A DNA stretch of 5,778 bases from Paraspadella gotoi. Its lineage: Eukaryota; Animalia; Chaetognatha. A program made the position numbers and the translations under genes. How positions within the stretch are numbered: position 1 is the first letter of the stretch; each line of letters starts with the position of its first letter. The stretch is from the NCBI GenBank assembly GCA_051294375.1, contig JBJCIZ010000966.1, positions 1 through 5,778 on the forward strand. The letters run 5' to 3'. Positions 1 through 5,778 of the stretch are shown here, piece by piece. Below the pieces are notes generated by a model. The model saw nothing but the letters and a program-made list of their open reading frames with translations. It did no database searches and was not told where the DNA came from.

Positions 1-1022
1 CACAAATAATTAATTCTTTTCTTTTGTAGAAGAACTTACCCGAATCGCAAAAATTATCATAAACCAAATCTCGGTCGTTTGGTCATTTTCCTCTCTCCCT
101 CAATCGCCGTTTTCTCTTTTCCTCCCTCGATCAAACTTGACCCTAATATTTCAATGGTTTCATCTCTCAGGTCATCGTCATATTTTATATGAAGTTTAGG
201 AAAAGATTCATTATCATTTCATGCTCAGCAAGAGATAGTCGCCGATATTCAACCAGTTTTTTCTACAAAGGCAAAATTCTGATTATTTTTCTCCTTTAAA
301 AACTTTATTATCGCCATTTATTCTGTGCTTTTTTCTTAATACGAAATCCCTAATTTGCATTCGAGATTTTTGTGGATTTATTTTACAGCTGCGAGATTTT
401 TGTCAGAATACGTTTTAGGTTTGGAAACAAAATTATTTGATCGCCGGCGTCTCATCAGATTCCCGATTTGGAAGTCGCAGAACCCGCAAGTGTAAAAAAA
501 AATGGAACTACCTTTTTCTTTGATTAATTAATTCTTGATTAATTCTTTGATTAATTTTACTACTTAAAATAATAATAACGTTGAATAGCTTTTTTTTACA
601 ATCAAAACTAGAGTACATTCTATCAAACGTTACATAAACCCAAAACAATAATAAAATAAACAAGTCTTGAAAACGTATAAATATAACAATATTAAAAGCA
701 GATTAGTAATTGATTATGACTTCAAAGGAAATGAGAGAAAAACATGTATTTTTGTTTTTAATTTAAAAAATATATATGTATTTATAGTAATTGTTAATTA
801 ATCTATTATAATAATAATCAGTAATGACTAAAAATAAATAATCTAATCAATTAATTTATCATCTGATTTGTAACTTACAGCTTATCATAATTTTTAATTA
901 GTTATTTAATCATCTGTTAATCATCTATTACCGTTACTTACTGCTTAATCTCAGTGATGAATTAAATATAACAAATTTATTGTTATTTCTATGGTGGACT
1001 AAAATCCACCAACCGTTCATCA

Positions 1023-1207
1023 GCGGCCATTGGTGCCGGAGGCAAGTCATTTGCCTCCCAATCCAAAGGTCCGGGGTTCTAGCCCGGTGGTCGTCTGGCA
1101 GTTAAGAGGACGGGGCGCTTAACCCGCCTGTAACAGTGTTACAGCCTGATCCGAAGCTCAGGGACTGCTTATATTGAACGGTTCTGTCACTAACACATAA
1201 CAATAAT
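1023..1207 (+). mobile_element. tRNA-derived SINE (or tRNA pseudogene head with a structured body and A/C-rich tail)
   Basis: A-box-like TGGTGCCGGAGG (1031-1042) and B-box-like GGTTCTAGCCC (1075-1085) lie at tRNA spacing. GCGGCCA (1023-1029) pairs with TGGTCGT (1088-1094) as an acceptor stem with two G.U pairs. The D and anticodon arms pair poorly, so this is not a functional tRNA. GC-rich body runs to ~1190, then tail ACATAACAATAAT. No TSD found, so the 3' boundary is approximate. Confidence 0.7.
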
Positions 1208-1235
1208 CACTATCTCTTAATTTCAAACTTTTCGT

Positions 1236-1441
1236 GGGTTACTTTTACTTTGGCCGACCGGGGTTAGGGATGGTTAGGGTTAAGAGTGGTTTAAGGTTTG
1301 GTTAGGTTAGGTTAGGTTAAGAGGGTTTAGGGTTAGGGTAATTAGGTAACATTTTTAAAATTTTTTTTAAAAAAAATAAGTATTTTTAAAAAGTTTTTCA
1401 AAATCCGCTAAAACCACGGTCGGCGAAAGTAAAATTTAGCC
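1236..1441. mobile_element. 206-bp MITE / non-autonomous DNA transposon with GG...CC termini
   Basis: 25-bp TIRs GGGTTACTTTTACTTTGGCCGACCG (1236-1260) and CGGTCGGCGAAAGTAAAATTTAGCC (1417-1441), 21/25 complementary. Flanked by direct repeat TTTTCGT at 1229-1235 and 1442-1448 (8 bp CTTTTCGT if C1441 is assigned to the TSD). No coding capacity. Confidence 0.8.
1261..1347 (+). repeat. Degenerate telomere-like TTAGG/TTAGGG tract inside the MITE
   Basis: (TTAGG)3 at 1302-1316. TTAGGG at 1264, 1274, 1327 and 1333, with variants between them. Confidence 0.9.
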
Positions 1442-1681
1442 TTTTCGTTTTGTTGCGTTTGAAATTAAAATTAAGAAAAATTGTTCAAGGAGAAAAAAAA
1501 AAAATTCCAACATAAACAATTTTACTTAATTCTAACAAATTTATTAAATTAAATATTGTTTGATTAAACTTCTGCAGGGTTAGTTTTAAAAAACAGCATA
1601 AAAAATTATCTTTCTATTCGTCCTTTAGTCCATGGGCTAAAACATAGTTTCAAACTAATTATCTTTGCGAAGCGGCAGGAG

Positions 1682-1695
1682 GAGAGAGAGAGAGA
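1682..1695 (+). repeat. (GA)7 microsatellite
   Basis: GAGAGAGAGAGAGA read directly. Confidence 0.9.
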
Positions 1696-1734
1696 ATCGA
1701 GGAACTTACCCATGACTTACCCATGAACTCACCC

Positions 1735-1776
1735 GACCAATGAGAGCCGGAGGAAAGGTCGGGGGAGCCAATGAAC
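1735..1776 (+). promoter_or_regulatory. Pair of NF-Y-type CCAAT boxes (putative)
   Basis: GACCAATGAGA (CCAAT at 1737) and AGCCAATGAAC (CCAAT at 1768) both fit RRCCAATSR and are 31 bp apart, downstream of the GA repeat. No associated transcript can be shown. Confidence 0.35.
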
Positions 1777-1832
1777 ATTTGAATAAGTGAACAGAAGAAA
1801 TTGTGAATGAGAGTTCGATTTCCTTTGTGTAG

Positions 1833-1846
1833 NNNNNNNNNNNNNN
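1833..1846. other. Assembly gap (14 N)
   Basis: Run of N. True gap size and contiguity across it are unknown. Confidence 1.
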
Positions 1847-2068
1847 GTTCTCACCGTTCTAGGATCAACGTCTCGTTTCTGTATCCGACATTTTATTGTG
1901 AAATATATCTAATATTATCTGACCACATTTGACATCACGTTATTGGTATAATTCATGATTAAATATTTTATTCTTACTCAATAAGTATACCAATAAGCTT
2001 TGACTACTTATTGCATTCAGTACTAAGATATAAGATTTAAAGTATTTATAATTTATGATACTAAAACC

Positions 2069-2164
2069 AGCAGATTCGAAAACGAAAGTTTTTAGTATTT
2101 TTACAACGATTTTATTACAAATAATAAATTAAAAATACTAAAAACTTTCTTTTTCGAATCTGCT
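2069..2164. repeat. Foldback inverted repeat with 35-bp arms and 26-bp spacer
   Basis: AGCAGATTCGAAAACGAAAGTTTTTAGTATTTTTA (2069-2103) vs TAAAAATACTAAAAACTTTCTTTTTCGAATCTGCT (2130-2164), 34/35 complementary. Confidence 0.95.
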
Positions 2165-2346
2165 ATCTTATTGAACAACGAAAAGAGAGAAAAATTACAC
2201 AATGATACTAAAACCAAAGATGTAATTTTTTTCATAAAAAAGCGCCTGTGTATTCATAATTTTGTTTTCTTTAAATATTTGTAGACGGGCATTGCCATTA
2301 CATCACCTTCAGTGCATGAATAAGTAATACCATCAGCTCAAGACTA

Positions 2347-2428
2347 GTAGGTACCGGGATCAACCTCCACTGGTACCTACGGGAAGCGTGAGGACAGCCC
2401 TAAACCGCCTTCGGGGCCTGGAAATCCC
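2347..2428 (+). ncRNA. Candidate degenerate HDV-like self-cleaving ribozyme
   Basis: P1 GTAGGT/ACCTAC, P2 GGGAT/ATCCC, P3 ACC/GGT, L3 TCCACT and GG after P1' (P1.1) occur in the canonical nested order. L3 and P1 are each 1 nt short, P2 does not abut P3, and J4/2 is non-canonical. Confidence 0.35.
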
Positions 2429-3542
2429 TCGAGCCTGGTTCGAAGCCTCGGACCCGTTCCATTGCTGCTGAGGGTGCAAAAAAGATATGTACAGTCTTCT
2501 GCCAGCTTAGTGTCTATATTTACAGCTTTATAATTTCGGCGATCTTATGAATAAAAGTCATGAACCAGTCGAATTTTTAAAAAAAAGGATAGTGAAAAAA
2601 GTGAAATTGAAAATTAGTGAAATAATCAGAATACTAATCCGTGATAACACGTTGAAACCTTGGGTAAAAAACCTAATAAAGAATATATGTTTAAATGTGC
2701 ATTCTGTTTAACAGAGCTGTTAAAAAATATTAAATAGTAAATCGTGATCATTGAAAATAAATTGATATGCTTACTCGGTATTTTCTTCCGTTGAAACCCT
2801 ACAATAAAGTATGATACTTTTGATTTTTTTCACGATTTTAAATTTCATGGAACCAAATAATAGTAGAGCAAAAGCAAGCAACGTAATTAAAACAAAAACT
2901 GAATAAGCTTGCACACTTGGGTATGAGATTACTTACTGTCTCTCTGACATTGACAAATATATAGTCAAATTAAGGGTAAATTTATTAATATCAAATAATT
3001 AGGAGTAACAATATTTAATTTCATAGTATTAATACATAACTTCAACAAAATAATTTTTGAACTATATAAAAAATGTTGCTTGAGGCGCCATCGTTGTTCG
3101 TGATGCAGACAAAAACGAAATCTGGAAGAAAAGAAAGGAAACTTAAATAATAATACTTATTCACGCTCATTTATTTTTATATTATTTAATTATCGTTTTT
3201 TTTCTCATTAACAATGCTATCATATTTTTACAATATCTGTTATTTGCATAATTCGGACCAACAGAAATTACCTGCCTTCCACAGCTGAGTCAGATTTTGA
3301 TCAAGGGGTTTGACGTGGTGAATATTTCGTGGTGAGAAACGGAGGAGACTATAAAATTGGTAACCAATATAACAATTATCCATTCATTTAATAAATAAGC
3401 TTTCTTTCCCCAGACTTTGGACAGGCTTTGATGGTTTAAGGCCTCCATCACTCTTACAAGATAATGACATAGCAGGTCCCTACAAGTCTTTAATCAAGAC
3501 TCTCTCACAGTCTCATTTATTCACTCCCAAAGTACCTGGCTT

Positions 3543-3704
3543 CCCGGGCCAGACAAATCTTCTAGAGACCAGCGCCTTCGACGTCTTGATGCCAGGGTGA
3601 GACAGGTTGTGGATCGCGTTGAAAATGTCCCGGCGCCATTGACGAGGCACCAAAGGACGGGCGACGCCGGTTGCAACATCGCAAATGATTGCGACGCCGT
3701 CCAG
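3543..3704 (-). pseudogene. Ty3/Gypsy pol fragment: integrase N-terminal zinc-binding (H2C2) region, truncated
   Basis: Manual minus-strand translation gives LDGVAIICDVATGVARPLVPRQWRRDIFNAIHNLSHPGIKTSKALVSRRFVWPG. The HxLSHPG...RFVWP pattern is typical of CsRn1/Kabuki-like Gypsy integrases. Homology stops before CxxC. Absent from the ORF track because it has no start codon. Confidence 0.92.
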
Positions 3705-3721
3705 AGATGCTTATTTGCAAT

Positions 3722-4054
3722 TGTTATTTAACACGAGTCAAGAGAAAAGAGGATTTTATTATTTAATTCTTCAGTCCCAACGCTCCTCAGATCGCGTACA
3801 GTTTGAATGTCTAGTTTCTCTCTCCTTTCACTCCTCCTGCATGCTCATGTCCCCTCCTCCTCGAGCAAGCCTTCTCCTCCTCCTATCTTTTCGATGCTTT
3901 TTGCTCGCGTGCGTTGCGCGGGAGCTGTTCCTAGCGTCGATGGTATCAACGCCGTCTTCTCGGTCCGGAGAGGGCGCTGAACGTCTGGATTCGTCTTCTG
4001 GTCGTTGCGGAGGGCGGCGAAATCGAGGGTCCTGAGCCGACCACCGCCGCGACA
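3722..4054 (-). mobile_element. Unrelated insertion between RNase H and integrase fragments, possibly a solo LTR
   Basis: No pol similarity. Bounded by TGT...ACA, 333 bp, with minus-strand AATAAA about 35 nt before the terminal TAACA. No TSD visible. Confidence 0.35.
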
Positions 4055-4060
4055 TCCTCA

Positions 4061-4326
4061 AACGTTCCATTTGCCTGAGATGTGGCGGAAATGGTCGTGT
4101 ATTCGGAAATGGCCGCCCAGAGGAGGATAACGCTGCTGTCTTTCTTGCGGGGCTTGGAGAAAAATGAGAGTGTACGCCAATGGCCGCCGACGTTTTGCTC
4201 CAAAACGCCGCCGATGGCGACATCAGAGGCGTTGACTGTGAGAGCGGTCGGCGCGGGAGGAGAGAGCTTCTTTGGCGGCGTCGAAAGCGACGGTCCGTCC
4301 GTCGTCCACTCCTCCACTCCGATTCC
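4061..4326 (-). pseudogene. Ty3/Gypsy pol fragment: RT connection plus RNase H, frameshifted and internally deleted
   Basis: Across frames: EWT / VAFDAAKEALS / PTALTVNASDVAIGGVLEQNVGGHWRTLSFFSK / RQQRY / AAISEYTT / RHISGKWNV. These match the Gypsy motifs W...AF...K.AL, DAS..AIGAVL.Q...W.PLAFFSK and RQ.R.L..ISEF...I.H..GK.NV. The first catalytic Asp reads Asn (VNAS), and the central RNase H segment (RELLA, TDH) is absent. Confidence 0.93.
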
Positions 4327-4530
4327 TATAGAGCTTGTAAAGTTAAATGAAAGTTAGTACTACAATTTTTAAAATTTTGACAATAAATTGTTAAAAATAG
4401 AAAAAACCTTAAAGATTATCATCATCATTGGCTAAATTTTATGTTTTTTAAAATTTTTATCAATAAAACAAAAGATTTTGTATTAATAACCTTTACATAA
4501 CTTTTAAAATCTATTAAAAACAAGTTTGAG

Positions 4531-4700
4531 CAAACAATGTCGGATCTGCCCACGATCATTATCGGTAATTAACTAATTAATTAATAATTAAATAATTCAA
4601 GTTAATTAATTAATTAGGCAATTAATTAACTTGAATTATTTAATTGTTAATTAATTAGTTAATTACCGATAATGATCGTGGGCAGATCCGACATGGTTTG
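4531..4700. repeat. Long near-perfect palindrome (foldback) with 81-bp arms and 8-nt loop
   Basis: 4531-4611 vs 4620-4700 are complementary at 79/81 positions. Loop is AATTAGGC. Outer halves are GC-rich, inner halves are built of TAAT/ATTA. Confidence 0.97.
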
Positions 4701-4848
4701 ATGATGAGAATAATGCGCGATAACGATTGATCTCTGTTATTGATTGATATTATAATTAATTATTGATTAATTAATTGACTAATTATTTCATTTATTAATA
4801 CTTCCTGCATTTAAATTTAATATAAAAGGAAAAAGAAGCATAATCAAT

Positions 4849-5158
4849 TAGTGAAACAGGTTTTTTGTTTTTTTCCATTTAAACTCATTTCCACTCAAAC
4901 GATTCCATCGAAACTTGATTTCCAGCTCAATCACACACTTTCCTACCCAAATACAAAATTTCAAGTCAATCGCCCCATCCACTCTTGAGTAATTGGTGTT
5001 CAAATAGTGAAATATATTTTTTTTGGTTTTTTCCATTTAAACTCATTTCCACTCGCACGATTCCATCGAAACTTCATATACAGCTCAATCACACACTTCC
5101 TTACCCACACACAAAATTTTATTCAAATCTATCCATCCAATCACGAGTAATTGGTGTT
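4849..5158. repeat. Two-copy tandem repeat, period ~156-158 bp
   Basis: Units start TAGTGAAA at 4849 and 5005 and share TTTTTTCCATTTAAACTCATTTCCACTC, ACGATTCCATCGAAACTT, CAGCTCAATCACACACTT and GAGTAATTGGTGTT (4987, 5145). Confidence 0.97.
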
Positions 5159-5290
5159 TTTTGCTAAGGTGGTACGCACGGACGGACATAATTTTTTTTG
5201 CATAATTTATCATAATTCTATGTTCTGACATGATATAAGTTAGTGCCCGACAATATTGAGGGGGCGGACCGACAAAGCGAATTATAGAGT
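4849..5290 (-). mobile_element. Non-autonomous Helitron/Helentron-like (DINE-1/HINE-like) element remnant
   Basis: The minus strand reads TATGTCCGTCCGT (5178-5190, short GTCY microsatellite) followed by ~150-bp tandem units, one containing AAATTTCAAGTCAATCG. This is the arrangement described for DINE-1/HINE elements. Sub-terminal IRs and the 3' stem-loop were not confidently located, so boundaries are approximate. Confidence 0.5.
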
Positions 5291-5456
5291 CAGGATCTGC
5301 TGATAATTGAAATTTTCAAGTTTATATAGTAATAAAATAATCTTTAAATGCTTCCGTGCGCTTATCAATAAGATAAATTTTAAAAATTATTTTTATTTTC
5401 ATATTCTCTAACAGTCACTTAACCATTATTTATTTGAGAGAACTTCTAGTTTTTAA

Positions 5457-5597
5457 CCTGTTCCATCATGCCCGCCAAATCGGCAGTCGTGCCCTCGCGA
5501 AAACCGGGTGGCCTTGAGTCGGGATGTGATGAACCACGCCGTGCCCCAGCGCGGTGGAAGAGAACATGGGCGTCATGAGCTCCGGACAATCGTCAAG
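5457..5597 (-). pseudogene. Ty3/Gypsy pol fragment: protease-RT linker / RT N-terminus
   Basis: Manual translation gives LDDCPELMTPMFSSTALGHGVVHHIPTQGHPVFARARLP, then after a frameshift or deletion DLAGMMEQ. This matches the pre-RT pattern FPEL..P......H.V.HHI.T.G.PV.ARARRL...F..M...GI of CsRn1-like Gypsy elements. Absent from the ORF track. Confidence 0.88.
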
Positions 5598-5778
5598 TCG
5601 GGCTCACCATAAAGGGGGCACTTTTTATTGTAAACAAAGTTAATTATCTGGTAATAAGCACGACAATTGAAAAGTTACAGAATTTATATATATCGCGATC
5701 GGACCTGGTTGAAAGCATTTGTTATTTTCACCATTTTATTTAAATGTACAAACTTACATTTAACGATTGGCTAAATGC

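Noticed and set aside
171-496. Two possible plus-strand exons (171-270, 389-496) joinable in frame
   Set aside because: Acceptors look plausible, but the join needs a weak GC donor (AAG|GCAAAA) and the peptide resembles nothing I recognise.
520-556. Three copies of TTGATTAATT, plus a TTAATCATCT duplication at 906-926
   Set aside because: Low-complexity AT-rich slippage expected in this background.
1023-1095. Functional tRNA gene
   Set aside because: D and anticodon stems do not pair properly, the T-loop has TTCTAG rather than TTCRA, and no oligo-T terminator follows.
1261-1347. True telomere or chromosome-healing site
   Set aside because: Short, degenerate, and enclosed by TIRs and a TSD.
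1624-1641. Small palindrome TTTAGTCCATGGGCTAAA, and hairpin TGGTGGA/TCCACCA near 992-1011
   Set aside because: Too short to assign. No partner termini found for a Helitron-type end.
3685-4035. Plus-strand 116-aa ORF
   Set aside because: Spans an insertion junction, low-complexity composition, no recognisable domain. Likely a shadow ORF.
3946-4317. Minus-strand 123-aa ORF as a functional protein
   Set aside because: Only parts match RNase H, other motifs lie in other frames, the catalytic Asp is Asn, and the start is GTG. Called a pseudogene instead.
4082-4357. Plus-strand 91-aa ORF
   Set aside because: Antisense to the RNase H fragment and open because of high GC.
4430-4441. GGCTAAATTTTA matching the MITE TIR tip
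   Set aside because: AT-rich 12-mer with no GC-rich TIR continuation or partner TIR.
4849-5158. CRISPR array
   Set aside because: Only two long units with no unique spacers, no cas genes, and a eukaryotic context.
4848-5167. 62-aa and 60-aa ORFs
   Set aside because: Translations of the non-coding tandem repeat unit with non-ATG starts.
5607-5621. CTCF-like CCATAAAGGGGGCAC (and GGCGCCATC near 3084)
   Set aside because: Partial motif match only and not supportable from sequence alone.

Overview
AT-rich eukaryotic (probably invertebrate animal) non-coding DNA built almost entirely of decayed and nested mobile elements, with a 14-N assembly gap at 1833-1846. No intact host gene is supported. 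The main coding signal is three collinear minus-strand fragments of one Ty3/Gypsy pol resembling the CsRn1/Kabuki clade: the pre-RT linker (5457-5597), the RT connection and RNase H (4061-4326), and the integrase N-terminus (3543-3704). The RT core is missing and later insertions separate the fragments. Also present are a tRNA-derived SINE, a 206-bp MITE with TIRs and a TSD carrying telomere-like TTAGG(G) repeats, two near-perfect foldbacks, and a DINE-1/HINE-like element with a ~157-bp tandem repeat. The most intriguing unexplained signal is a GC-rich island at 2347-2428 that can be folded by eye into an imperfect HDV-like ribozyme. All family assignments come from motif recognition by eye, not database searches.
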